Positions 9,085 through 18,485 of a stretch of DNA of 32,000 nt are shown here, piece after piece. A program made the position numbers and the translations under genes. Each line of letters starts with the position of its first letter. Position 1 is the first letter of the stretch. This DNA comes from Psychrobacter sp. HD31 (GTDB lineage Bacteria; Pseudomonadota; Gammaproteobacteria; Pseudomonadales; Moraxellaceae): positions 1-32,000 of the forward strand of contig NZ_CP142525.1 in NCBI RefSeq assembly GCF_051097895.1, read 5' to 3'. Under the pieces are notes generated by a model. That model was not told the DNA's origin and did no database searches. It saw only the letters and a list, made by a program, of their open reading frames with translations.

Positions 9085-9226
9085 CTTTTTATTTGTTTAT
9101 TTAAACGGGTAGTTGTTTTACTTTCATAATAGCTATGCCCCTTATTTTATCAATTTAGATAACTGCTGGTGTTCATTACCATTAAATTGTTGCCTAGCGG
9201 TTGTATTCTAAATTATCGAGGAACTG

Positions 9227-9811
9227 ATGAAAGCCTTTTTAAGAAATTCTTTGTTAGTTGCCATTTTAGGCACCTCTGGCATTGCAAGTGCAGAGTTAAG
9301 CTCTAATGTTTCATTAGATGTTTCGCGTTTTGACGTGATCAGTGTTGATGAACTAACTCGCTATGCCAAAAAAGGTAGCGACCAAGCGCAGTTTTATTTA
9401 GCAAAGCGTTTGCAAAAAGGCATTGGTGTAGAGCGCAATACCTCAAAAGCAGTTAAATGGTATACAAAAGCTGCAGAACAAGGCGTAACACCGGCTCAGT
9501 TAAACTTGGGTATGATGTATGCAATAGGTGATGGCGTTAAAGTTAATGAAGCCAAAGCAAGATATTGGTTAGAAAAAGCTGCACAGCGTGGTGATAATCG
9601 TGCCAGTTTTGCTTTAGCAATGATTGATGAAAAACAAGAAAAACTGGTTGATGCCTACAAATGGTATGATCTTTCTGCCCGTGATGGGATGTTAGATGAG
9701 CGAGTACGCACTAAAGCCCGTAGTAAAATTGGTCAGCTGGCATTAAACCTTAGCTCTTCTGATATTGCGGATGCACGTAAAAAAGCAAACAGCTGGTTAT
9801 ATACCAAATAA
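9227..9811 (+). CDS. Secreted Sel1-like (SLR/TPR-like) repeat protein
   Basis: 194-aa ORF with GAGGA RBS. Signal peptide ...GIASA/EL. Repeated A..WY.KAAEQG...AQ..LG.MY..G.GV..N...A..W..KAA..G units typical of Sel1 repeats. Confidence 0.85.
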   Translation: MKAFLRNSLLVAILGTSGIASAELSSNVSLDVSRFDVISVDELTRYAKKGSDQAQFYLAKRLQKGIGVERNTSKAVKWYTKAAEQGVTPAQLNLGMMYAIGDGVKVNEAKARYWLEKAAQRGDNRASFALAMIDEKQEKLVDAYKWYDLSARDGMLDERVRTKARSKIGQLALNLSSSDIADARKKANSWLYTK

Positions 9812-9840
9812 ACAACATAAGAATAGATTGCTTACACTCA

Positions 9841-9866
9841 AACCAGCCAATAAGGCTGGTTTTTTA
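9841..9866 (+). terminator. Rho-independent terminator after the Sel1 gene; abuts the yfhL stop
   Basis: AACCAGCC (9841-9848), aataa loop, GGCTGGTT (9854-9861), followed by TTTTT. Confidence 0.7.
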
Positions 9867-10121
9867 TTTGTTCCAAATTTTTTTATATTTTTCTTCTAAC
9901 TGCTGAGGGGTTTCATTAAGGTCGGTATCTTTGATGATGCAGTCGATGGGGCACACTTTGTCACAAGTTGGTTCGTCATAAAACCCAATACATTCGGTGC
10001 ACAAATCAGGGTTAATAACATAGGTTTTTTGTACCTTGTTATCATAGCTGATGGCCTCATTGGGGCATTCTGGCTCGCATATATCACAATTGATACAATC
10101 GGATGTTATTTTAAGTGACAT
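9864..10121 (-). CDS. yfhL: YfhL-type 2x[4Fe-4S] ferredoxin
   Basis: 85-aa ORF. CINCDICEPECPNEAIS and CTECIGFYDEPTCDKVCP clusters match the YfhL pattern closely. Confidence 0.88.
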   Translation of the reverse strand: MSLKITSDCINCDICEPECPNEAISYDNKVQKTYVINPDLCTECIGFYDEPTCDKVCPIDCIIKDTDLNETPQQLEEKYKKIWNK

Positions 10122-10179
10122 AATGAAATAAAGTAAAAATTAAAGGTTCGTTAAAATTAAAGATTGGATAATAAACAGA

Positions 10180-10971
10180 CTAATACTCGTTTAAAATGTA
10201 ACCGCTGACAAATGCAAAGTATTCTCTAAACCAAGCATTCGCACGGATGCTTAAAGGCGTTTTGCTTGCAACCATGACAACATTAGAAAACCCTTGTTTT
10301 TTTGCGATTGCTTTTGCACGTATGGTATGAAAATCACTCGTTACAACGGCAATAGGGCGGTTAAGGTTAATGTTGTTTTCTGCCAAAATAAGCTTACTAA
10401 ATGCAAGGTTAGTTTGTGTGCTGGTGCTTTTGTCTTCCAGTTTAATTTTATTAAGCGGTATATTATAAGTGTGGTGCAAATAATTTGCCATTACTTGTGC
10501 CTCACTGGTTTGTCTGCCATCACCGATACCACCACTAACAATAGGTAACGCGCTTGGTTGTTGGTTTATGAGCTGAGCCGCTTTATCTAGCCGACTTGCT
10601 AATGTTGGAGTTGGTATATCACCATTAACTCCAGCACCTAGCACAATCAATGCATCTATTTGTGTTATGTGGTTTTGGGTGTTGATTTTATTAATGAGTG
10701 AACCAACAAACAATATAAAACTCACCAGCCAAATGGTAAACAGCCCCCACAAGGCTATCCAAAATCTTTTATATGATCGGTTTTTTATCAAAAACTTTTG
10801 GATGGCTACCCAAAAAAAAGCATGCATTAAAAAAATCAAACCGATTATAAAGGGTATGACAGTGCCAAAGTTGATTTTTGATAAAAAAATCAACACCAGG
10901 CAATCTAACGTCAGTATGGTTCCCAGAATAAATAAAACTATTCTAACAAGGTTAGTTGGGTTTAAAGTCAT
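10180..10971 (-). CDS. DUF218 / YdcF-ElyC family membrane protein
   Basis: 263-aa ORF. Three N-terminal TM helices, then LIVLGAGVNGD...PIVSGG...EAQVM..YL...IAVVTSDFHTIRA, the DUF218 signature. Confidence 0.8.
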   Translation of the reverse strand: MTLNPTNLVRIVLFILGTILTLDCLVLIFLSKINFGTVIPFIIGLIFLMHAFFWVAIQKFLIKNRSYKRFWIALWGLFTIWLVSFILFVGSLINKINTQNHITQIDALIVLGAGVNGDIPTPTLASRLDKAAQLINQQPSALPIVSGGIGDGRQTSEAQVMANYLHHTYNIPLNKIKLEDKSTSTQTNLAFSKLILAENNINLNRPIAVVTSDFHTIRAKAIAKKQGFSNVVMVASKTPLSIRANAWFREYFAFVSGYILNEY

Positions 10972-11015
10972 GGATATTTATAACTTCATAAATGTTGCAA
11001 GACGCTGGACTGAGA

Positions 11016-12101
11016 CTAACAACCAGTTTTACCTTCTGACGCTAAAGCTTTTTTGCTACGGATAGGTCTCGGGCAATCTTCACCATAGTATTGACGGTCA
11101 GCAAAGTAGCTTGAGCGTACCATAGGACCTGCCCACACGCTATAAAAACCAATTTTTTTACCATACTCCATATAGCGGTCAAACTCATCAGGATGCACAT
11201 ATCGGCTAACAGGCGCATGGTCTTTACTTGGTTGCAAATATTGCCCAATGGTTATGATATCCACATCATGCGCTTTTAGGTCATCTAATAGTGCATATAC
11301 TTCTTCTTCTGTTTCACCTAAACCAACCATAAAACCACATTTTGTTGGAATGTCAGGACGGCGGCTTTTATATTCTTTTAACAATTCTAAAGAGCCTTCA
11401 TAAACCGATTCTGGTCGCATGGCTTTGTATAAGCGAGGTACGGTCTCGATATTATGGTTAAATACATCTGGCGGCGTTTCTACCAAAATATCAAGGGCTT
11501 TATCAACTCGCCCTCTAAAGTCGGGTACCAAAACTTCTACTAAGCAATTTGGGCTAAGTTTTTTAGATTCAGTAATCACGTCGGCAAAGTGTCCAGCACC
11601 ACCATCACGCAGATCATCACGATCCACCGAGGTAATAACAGCATATTTTAATTCAAGATTTTGTATGGTCTCTGCTGTGTGGCGGGGTTCGTCTTTATCT
11701 AATGTATTGGGTAATCCATGTGCAACATCACAAAATGGACAACGGCGTGTACAAATGTCACCCATAATCATAAAGGTTGCCGTACCCTGCCCAAAGCATT
11801 GTGGGAGGTTAGGGCAAGCAGCTTCTTCACAAACGGTATGTAACCGCTGAGAACGCAGCTTTTTTTTAATACGCGCTACTTCTGAAGGCGATGAGATTTT
11901 AACACGAATCCAGTCTGGCTTTTTAGGTGCTTCTTCCGTTGGTAAAACCTTAATTGGAATGCGAGCGACTTTATCAAAGCCACGCATTTTTTCGCCTTTA
12001 ATTAACTTTTTTGGCTTGCGTCTTTTTGTAGGCGCTGGCTCGGTAATAGAGTCAATCTTTGTGTTAATTGGGTTATATGCTTGTACACTTGCGTCTGTCA
12101 T
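11016..12101 (-). CDS. lipA: Lipoyl synthase
   Basis: 361-aa [15 protein letters not shown] auxiliary cluster and [10 protein letters not shown] radical-SAM motif. Has a 38-aa basic N-terminal extension; the alternative start is Met39 at 11987. Confidence 0.93.
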   Translation of the reverse strand: MTDASVQAYNPINTKIDSITEPAPTKRRKPKKLIKGEKMRGFDKVARIPIKVLPTEEAPKKPDWIRVKISSPSEVARIKKKLRSQRLHTVCEEAACPNLPQCFGQGTATFMIMGDICTRRCPFCDVAHGLPNTLDKDEPRHTAETIQNLELKYAVITSVDRDDLRDGGAGHFADVITESKKLSPNCLVEVLVPDFRGRVDKALDILVETPPDVFNHNIETVPRLYKAMRPESVYEGSLELLKEYKSRRPDIPTKCGFMVGLGETEEEVYALLDDLKAHDVDIITIGQYLQPSKDHAPVSRYVHPDEFDRYMEYGKKIGFYSVWAGPMVRSSYFADRQYYGEDCPRPIRSKKALASEGKTGC

Positions 12102-12235
12102 TAATATTTAAACTCTTGTTAAATTTATAACTTAAAATAGGGTTAATTATAACAAATAAGGCAACAGACAGTGTTAAGTTTTTGCACACTCTTTTTTAAT
12201 ATCTGTTTTATATTGATATTTAAACCTACTTTTTA

Positions 12236-12856
12236 TTAATTATTTGTGACGTATCTATCGGTGCGGTGGTTCATCGCCAATATTAAATTCAATATCACCA
12301 CCCCAATAATAGAGATTAATAAAAGTTTGCCAGAAATATAAGCAAGAGAGGCGGTTAGTACACAAATGTCCATAGCCATTTGTACTCTACCTGCTGGTAT
12401 TTTGTAGTATTCTTGAATATATAATGCGAGTAAGTTAAAACCACCAAGACTGGCACGGTGCCGAAACAAAATTAATAGCCCAATGCCAATACATATATTA
12501 GCGGTAATTGTGGCATACCAAGGGTCAATATTCTCAATGTTAAAAAACAGTGGATGAATCTCTGTCATAACAGATAATAATGCAACAGAGAGAAAAGTTT
12601 TTAGTAACATGGTTGTGCCAAGCCTTTTATAGGCAAGATAATAAAAAGGAATGTTAACTAAAAAAAATAATATACTAAAGTTTAGCCCAGTAATATAGTG
12701 AAGCAATAGCGTTAAACCCGCTGTACCGCCTGTTAAAATCCCTGCTTGTTGCATAAGCATTAATGCAAACGAGCATAAAAATGTACCGGTTAATAGTGCA
12801 ATGATGTCTTCAATGTTTGAATGCTGGGTTGATGTGTTTGATTTATTAGTTTTCAT
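12236..12856 (-). CDS. YitT-family (DUF161) integral membrane protein
   Basis: Hydrophobic ORF with GILTGGTAGLTLLLHYITG..FSILFFLVNIPFYYLAYKRLG. I start at MKTNKS (ATG 12854-12856, 206 aa), because the longer track ORF would begin inside the terminator hairpin of the upstream gene. Confidence 0.7.
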   Translation of the reverse strand: MKTNKSNTSTQHSNIEDIIALLTGTFLCSFALMLMQQAGILTGGTAGLTLLLHYITGLNFSILFFLVNIPFYYLAYKRLGTTMLLKTFLSVALLSVMTEIHPLFFNIENIDPWYATITANICIGIGLLILFRHRASLGGFNLLALYIQEYYKIPAGRVQMAMDICVLTASLAYISGKLLLISIIGVVILNLILAMNHRTDRYVTNN

Positions 12857-12870
12857 ATGTTTTTTATGTA

Positions 12871-12897
12871 TAAAAATGGCTCTTTTTTTAAGAGCCA
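12871..12897 (-). terminator. Rho-independent terminator after the CMD-family gene
   Basis: On the minus strand: TGGCTCTT-aaaaa-AAGAGCCA followed by TTTTT (plus-strand arms 12877-12884 and 12890-12897). Confidence 0.6.
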
Positions 12898-12930
12898 AAT
12901 TATATATTAAAACTTAAATTTTAATAAGTG

Positions 12931-13317
12931 TTAATATTTAATATTCATTTCGTCAAATACTGCCATTGCAGCTCTAAAAGCGGTTTGAGTCGCAGGGGCA
13001 CCGCAGTAGGGTAAGCTGTGCATTAGGACTTCTCTTATTTCTTCAGCAGTTGCGCCATTATTAATCGCGCCTCTGATATGACCTTTTAATTCGGCATCAC
13101 TTTTTTGAGCGGTTAAAAAAGCCAGGGTAATGAGCGAACGGTATTTGCGAGGTATGATTGTTTCGTCTTGCCAAGTTGTGCCCCATGCGTGTTCTATAAT
13201 CCAATCTTGCAGAGGCTGGGTAAAGTCAGTTGCATTGCTTAGTGAGCGCTTAACGTGTGCTTCTCCCATCACTTGAGTGCGTGCTTTTAAACCGTTTTTA
13301 TAACCATCATTTGCCAT
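12931..13317 (-). CDS. Carboxymuconolactone decarboxylase family (AhpD-like fold) protein
   Basis: 128-aa ORF. ...EHAWGTTW....IPRKYRSLITLAFLTAQKSDAELKGHIRGAINNGATAEEIREVLMHSLPYCGAP matches the PcaC/CMD pattern. Confidence 0.8.
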   Translation of the reverse strand: MANDGYKNGLKARTQVMGEAHVKRSLSNATDFTQPLQDWIIEHAWGTTWQDETIIPRKYRSLITLAFLTAQKSDAELKGHIRGAINNGATAEEIREVLMHSLPYCGAPATQTAFRAAMAVFDEMNIKY

Positions 13318-13576
13318 AATTGGCTCCTTTAAAATAATTGAAATAGGGCAGTGGCGATATACTAAATCGCTGGTAGATTCATCATAACTTAAAACACAAC
13401 ATTTATTAAATAAATAATGGATATGTGATAGATTTTTATGATTTATGATTAACTTTTAACCCAATTTGGGCTATTATGAAAAGGCTAAGAAACCATTTTT
13501 TTAAGCATAACTCAGGGATGTTTGACATATCTTAGGCGTGCTTATTCTCCTCACAACTTAATAAAAGGAATCTCTT

Positions 13577-16177
13577 ATGTTAGAAGCCTATCGTAAACAC
13601 GTAGAAGAGCGTGCAGCTCTTGGTGTTGTGCCACTTCCATTAGATGACAAACAAACGGCAGACCTAGTAGAATTATTAAAAACGCCACCAGCCGGTGAAG
13701 AAGCGTTTTTAATGGATTTATTAGAAAACCGTATTCCACCTGGGGTTGATGAAGCTGCCTATGTAAAAGCTGCTTTTTTAGCTGCTATTGTTAAAGGTGA
13801 AGCCACTTCGCCACTTATTGATAAAGTAAAAGCAGTACAAATCCTTGGTACGATGCAAGGTGGCTATAACGTACAGCCATTGGTTGATGCGCTTGATGAT
13901 GCTGAGCTTGCTGAGCATGCTGCTGATGCACTTAAAAACACTTTGTTGGTATTTGACGCTTTCCATGATGTTGCTGAAAAAGGCAAAGCCGGTAACGAGC
14001 AAGCACAAGGTGTTATCCAGTCTTGGGCTGATGCAGAGTGGTTCTTAAACCGTGATGAAGTACCTCAGGTTCAAACTTACAAAACATTTAAAGTAACGGG
14101 CGAAACCAACACAGATGACCTATCTCCAGCACAGGATGCATGGTCACGTCCAGATATCCCATTACATGCGTTAGCCATGCATAAAAACGCGCGTGATGGC
14201 ATTAACCCTGATGAAGACGGTGTTCAAGGCCCAATGCAACAAATCGACGAGCTAAAAGCAGATGGCTATCCACTAGCCTATGTTGGTGATGTTGTAGGTA
14301 CAGGTTCTAGCCGTAAGTCGGCAACTAACTCGGTACTATGGTTAATGGGTGAAGACATCCCTAACGTACCAAACAAGCGTGCTGGTGGTTTGTGCCTAGG
14401 TAACAACATTGCGCCTATCTTCTTTAACACAATGGAAGACTCAGGTGCCCTACCTATTGAAGTAGACGTACAAAACCTACACATGGGTGAGTTATTTGAT
14501 ATCCACGCTCATGATGGCAAAATTACTAAGCATGGTAGCGACGAAGTTATCGCCGAGTTCGAACTTGCTTCTGCAACTTTATTAGACGAAGTTCGTGCTG
14601 GTGGTCGTATTCCATTAATCGTTGGTCGTGGTTTAACTAACCGTGCTCGTGATTACTTAGGTTTGGATCATTCTGAAGTATTTGCTAAGCCTGACCAACC
14701 AGAAGACACTGGCAAAGGTTATACCCTAGCGCAAAAAATGGTTGGTAAAGCTTGTGGTATCGAAGGCGTTCGTCCAGGTATGTACTGTGAGCCTAAGATG
14801 ACCACGGTTGGTTCTCAAGATACGACGGGTCCTATGACGCGTGATGAGCTAAAAGACTTGGCTTGCCTAGGTTTCCAAGCGGATCTAGTGATGCAGTCAT
14901 TCTGTCATACAGCGGCATATCCAAAACCAGTCGACGTAGACACTCAACACACATTGCCTGACTTCATCATGAACCGTGGTGGTGTTAGCTTACGCCCAGG
15001 TGATGGTATTATTCACTCATGGTTAAACCGCATGCTATTGCCTGATACAGTTGGTACAGGTGGTGACTCGCATACTCGTTTCCCAATGGGTATTTCTTTC
15101 CCAGCGGGTTCTGGTTTGGTTGCTTTCGCAGCAGCAACAGGTGTTATGCCACTAGATATGCCTGAGTCTGTACGTGTTCGCTTTAGCGGTACGATGCAAC
15201 CTGGTATCACTTTACGTGATTTGGTACATGCAATCCCACTATACGGTATCAAGCAAGGTCTACTAACTGTTGAGAAAAAAGGTAAGATTAACGAATTCAA
15301 TGGTCGTATCCTAGAGATTGAAGGCTTAGAGGATTTAACCGTAGAACAAGCATTTGAATTGTCTGATGCTTCTGCTGAGCGTAGTGCGGCTGGTTGTACC
15401 ATCACCCTTTCTGAAGATTCAGTAAAAGAATACCTAAACTCAAACATCACCATGCTTAAGTGGATGATTTCTGAAGGTTATGGCGACGCTCGCACACTAG
15501 CACGCCGTATTGAAGGTATGGAAGCATGGCTTGCTGACCCAAGTCTAATGCGCGCTGATGCTGATGCAGAATATGCACACACCATCGATATCAACATGGA
15601 TGACATCAAAGAACCTGTACTATGCTGTCCAAATGACCCAGATGACGCTAAGACATTAGCAGACGTTGCGGGTGCAAAAATTGATGAAGTATTTATCGGT
15701 TCATGCATGACTAACATTGGTCACTTCCGTGCCGCTGGTAAACTATTGCAACAAGTACCAGCAGGTAGTTTAGCAACCCGTTTATGGATTGCGCCACCAA
15801 CTAAAATGGATGAGCGTCAATTAATGGAAGAAGGCTACTTTAACGTTTACGCACAAGCGGGCGCACGTACAGAGATGCCAGGTTGTTCACTATGTATGGG
15901 TAATCAAGCACGTATTGCACCTAAGTCTACAGCGGTTTCTACGTCTACTCGTAACTTCCCTAACCGTTTAGGTCAAGGTGCTAATGTATACTTAGCATCA
16001 GCTGAGCTTGCATCGGTTGCGGCGGTAATTGGTAAGCTTCCTACAAATGAAGAATATCAAGAATACGCAGGTAAGCTTAACAGCATGAGTGATGAAATCT
16101 ACACTTATCTAAGCTTTGATAAGATGGAAGATTACACCAACAAAGCAGATAAAATTGATGTTGCACAACTTGCGTAA
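13577..16177 (+). CDS. acnB: Aconitate hydratase B / 2-methylisocitrate dehydratase
   Basis: 866-aa [26 protein letters not shown]-terminal HEAT-like domain and Fe-S ligand regions IGSCMTN and [11 protein letters not shown]. Length is typical of AcnB. AAGGAA RBS. Confidence 0.95.
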   Translation: MLEAYRKHVEERAALGVVPLPLDDKQTADLVELLKTPPAGEEAFLMDLLENRIPPGVDEAAYVKAAFLAAIVKGEATSPLIDKVKAVQILGTMQGGYNVQPLVDALDDAELAEHAADALKNTLLVFDAFHDVAEKGKAGNEQAQGVIQSWADAEWFLNRDEVPQVQTYKTFKVTGETNTDDLSPAQDAWSRPDIPLHALAMHKNARDGINPDEDGVQGPMQQIDELKADGYPLAYVGDVVGTGSSRKSATNSVLWLMGEDIPNVPNKRAGGLCLGNNIAPIFFNTMEDSGALPIEVDVQNLHMGELFDIHAHDGKITKHGSDEVIAEFELASATLLDEVRAGGRIPLIVGRGLTNRARDYLGLDHSEVFAKPDQPEDTGKGYTLAQKMVGKACGIEGVRPGMYCEPKMTTVGSQDTTGPMTRDELKDLACLGFQADLVMQSFCHTAAYPKPVDVDTQHTLPDFIMNRGGVSLRPGDGIIHSWLNRMLLPDTVGTGGDSHTRFPMGISFPAGSGLVAFAAATGVMPLDMPESVRVRFSGTMQPGITLRDLVHAIPLYGIKQGLLTVEKKGKINEFNGRILEIEGLEDLTVEQAFELSDASAERSAAGCTITLSEDSVKEYLNSNITMLKWMISEGYGDARTLARRIEGMEAWLADPSLMRADADAEYAHTIDINMDDIKEPVLCCPNDPDDAKTLADVAGAKIDEVFIGSCMTNIGHFRAAGKLLQQVPAGSLATRLWIAPPTKMDERQLMEEGYFNVYAQAGARTEMPGCSLCMGNQARIAPKSTAVSTSTRNFPNRLGQGANVYLASAELASVAAVIGKLPTNEEYQEYAGKLNSMSDEIYTYLSFDKMEDYTNKADKIDVAQLA

Positions 16178-16204
16178 GCATAAAATATAAGTTTATTTAT
16201 ATAC

Positions 16205-16240
16205 AAAGCCCATTACTTTATTAAGTTATGGGCTTTTTTA
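16205..16240 (+). terminator. Rho-independent terminator of acnB
   Basis: AAAGCCCAT (16205-16213) pairs with ATGGGCTTT (16228-16236), followed by more T residues. Confidence 0.75.
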
Positions 16241-16267
16241 TGAAAGTGGTTTTAATAATAATCAACC

Positions 16268-16297
16268 AAAAAAGGAGCTAAATTGCTCCTTTTTTTT
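16268..16297. terminator. Bidirectional terminator, probably serving the convergent esterase gene
   Basis: AAAAAAGGAGC-taaatt-GCTCCTTTTTTTT, with A-run and T-run flanks on both sides. Confidence 0.7.
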
Positions 16298-16338
16298 GTT
16301 CATTTTAAGTCTTACACATTAACTAACAGTGCAAGGTT

Positions 16339-18159
16339 TTAAAAATGTGATGTAGCACCAAAATAAGCACCTGCTTGCACGTTGTCTGTTGCAGAGCCTT
16401 GGGCAGAAACGCCTAGCTGTAAATTGGTTGCAGGGGTTAGGCTTGCGTTGACTCCAACCGAAACAGCAATATTATTGGCATCCGTGCCTGCTGCTGGCAA
16501 ATCGAATCCACGCGTATAGGTTGAGTTAACTGATTTTAAATTAGCGGTTATGTTTTGCTCATCTTTTTTAAAATCATGGCTATAACGTAGGTTGCCGTAC
16601 AAATCATACTTGCTGTTTAAGTTATAGTTTGCTTTAACACCAAGTGATCCGAGCATACTATCTTGCTCATTGGTTTGAAAAACCATTGCAGTGGCGTCAT
16701 TACCATTATCTTCCACTAACGAGTTGATGCGAGTTTTTTGTAGCAAGGCACTCATGTAGGGCGTATAGGTAAGCTTGTTGTTGCTAAACGCTTTACCTAT
16801 TTGTAATGATAAGTGCTCACGACGTCCAGCACCATCAGCAGTATGTAGGTTTGATGCTGTACCAAGCAAAAACTCACGTTCCCAATCATAATCAAGCTTA
16901 TCAATACCCAGGTGTAAGTTTAATTGATAATCTTTAATATGGTGTTTGTGATAAATACCAAAGCCAGTTTGTTTTAAATCAAAGTTTACGTTATCACCAG
17001 CTTGATAATTACCTTGTTGGCGTTGTAAGTACATCCCTGTTTGAGATTTTTTACCAAAAGCCAAACCACTACCGATAATACCATTTTTGTCCATCGAGCT
17101 ACTTTCGTAGTCGTCTGCTTTGATATCGTTCAATTCACCTTCTGCCCAAAAGCTATTTTTACCAATTTCTAGTTGGTCAATCCTACGATGTAATTGTGTA
17201 TCTTGCGTAAAACCCTGTTGTTTGGCAACATTACTAACTGCGGCAAAACCAGCAGGGGCATTTAAAACAGATAACGCATAATTGGCTAAAATTTCATGTA
17301 CTTTACCCGTTGGATGCACGCCATCTGCAAATATTGAGGTTTTTGGGTCTAAGCTTGGATTTAACGTATTTTGTGTACAGACAATAGAGCTTGGTGTTAC
17401 ACAAACGGGCATGTTGGTGTTTTCAATCCCATAAACTGTTGGATTGGCAACAATCTGCTGTAAAACTGTAAAAGTATCCAAAGGAATGACATTGGCGGAG
17501 CCAGCATCTAGCGCGCTGTATAAGGTGCTATTGTGATAATCTGCCAATTGTGTTGCACCATCAGAGTTACCACTTGCAAGACCAAAGGGAGATTTACCAA
17601 CATCTGGTAAATTTGGTACTAGAATATATTTTGCACCTGCATCGGCTAAAGTTTGAACGGTTTTTGCAGTATCCTTAGCGGCGGTGGCAACAACGGTGGG
17701 CGCATTACTTGGGTCATTGGCAACACCTAAAAAGTCATTTGCCCCAGCCCAAACACTATAAAGCGTATTGTCATCAGGTGTATTACTGTTTAAGTAGGTT
17801 GCGACCTGTGTTTTTGCAGAGGGGACGGGCAAGCCCAGCGACGGGTGTTTGACTAAATCTTTGCTAGATAACGCACCACCTGCGGCATAGTTGTTGCCTT
17901 CTTTACCAACTGCCGGCGTATTGGCAATGGCTTTAGTGCCATAGGCTTCGGCTACAATTTCCGTCCATACTTTGTCTGGGTTGGTTGTGAACTTCCCCAA
18001 GTAGGGTGTAAAGTTGGTGAAGTAGCCACTGTCAGATAAACTGTCTCCAAAAAAAACGGTATTGTTAAAATCTTGCGCGTTGACCGTTTGAGCCAAGCTA
18101 ATAGAAATAACAGCAGTTGTAAGTATGGATGGTTTGAACTGTTTGTAAAATTTTCTCAT
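16339..18159 (-). CDS. GDSL/SGNH esterase-lipase autotransporter (EstA-like)
   Basis: Signal peptide MRKFYKQFKPSILTTAVISISLAQTVNA/QD. Block I FGDSLSDSG. C-terminal beta-barrel of about 280 aa with alternating pattern, ending in ...GATSHF (terminal aromatic). I start at ATG 18157-18159, preceded by AAGGAGG with a 4-nt spacer (606 aa), not at 18198. Confidence 0.88.
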   Translation of the reverse strand: MRKFYKQFKPSILTTAVISISLAQTVNAQDFNNTVFFGDSLSDSGYFTNFTPYLGKFTTNPDKVWTEIVAEAYGTKAIANTPAVGKEGNNYAAGGALSSKDLVKHPSLGLPVPSAKTQVATYLNSNTPDDNTLYSVWAGANDFLGVANDPSNAPTVVATAAKDTAKTVQTLADAGAKYILVPNLPDVGKSPFGLASGNSDGATQLADYHNSTLYSALDAGSANVIPLDTFTVLQQIVANPTVYGIENTNMPVCVTPSSIVCTQNTLNPSLDPKTSIFADGVHPTGKVHEILANYALSVLNAPAGFAAVSNVAKQQGFTQDTQLHRRIDQLEIGKNSFWAEGELNDIKADDYESSSMDKNGIIGSGLAFGKKSQTGMYLQRQQGNYQAGDNVNFDLKQTGFGIYHKHHIKDYQLNLHLGIDKLDYDWEREFLLGTASNLHTADGAGRREHLSLQIGKAFSNNKLTYTPYMSALLQKTRINSLVEDNGNDATAMVFQTNEQDSMLGSLGVKANYNLNSKYDLYGNLRYSHDFKKDEQNITANLKSVNSTYTRGFDLPAAGTDANNIAVSVGVNASLTPATNLQLGVSAQGSATDNVQAGAYFGATSHF

Positions 18160-18384
18160 TGTGCCTCCTTGCATTAATTGAGCAAACTTATTTTCCATGT
18201 AATTTTATTGTAGGGGAGTTAGCAAAATAACACAAGGTAGCAAGCTATATAGATATTTGATTTATCGTTACTGTTAGCTAATATGTTTAGGTTTTAAAAC
18301 TTACCTTCTAACTATAAAAATAAGGCACTATCACTAAGCGGATATGATAAATGTAGTTGCCTAGCATAATAACGATGTAAAACA

Positions 18385-18413
18385 TTGAAACAGCTTAAAT
18401 GGCATGATATGGT
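18385..18413 (+). promoter_or_regulatory. Candidate sigma70 promoter for the ABC1 kinase gene
   Basis: TTGAAA (18385-18390), 17-nt spacer, TATGGT (18408-18413). Confidence 0.3.
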
Positions 18414-18485
18414 GCTATTCAGGTTTTGTGTCGCAATGTATAAAATCAACTAAAAAGGTTAAAGTGTAGGTAATTTAAATAAATC

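Noticed and set aside
8737-9226. Interpreting the DnaA-box cluster as the chromosomal origin oriC
   Set aside because: There are only three perfect boxes, all in one orientation. No dnaA, dnaN, rpmH, mnmG or mioC-type flanking genes are present. Related gammaproteobacteria, as far as I recall, place oriC next to rpmH/dnaA. I keep it as a finding (DnaA-binding locus) but do not call it oriC; GC-skew and dnaA location would decide.
13425-13455. Fur-box-like AT-rich repeat (TGATAGATTTTTATGATTTATGATTA, with tandem TATGATT at 13437-13450) upstream of acnB
   Set aside because: It matches the GATAATGATAATCATTATC consensus poorly (G at the W positions, no dyad symmetry). It is probably just AT-rich promoter DNA.
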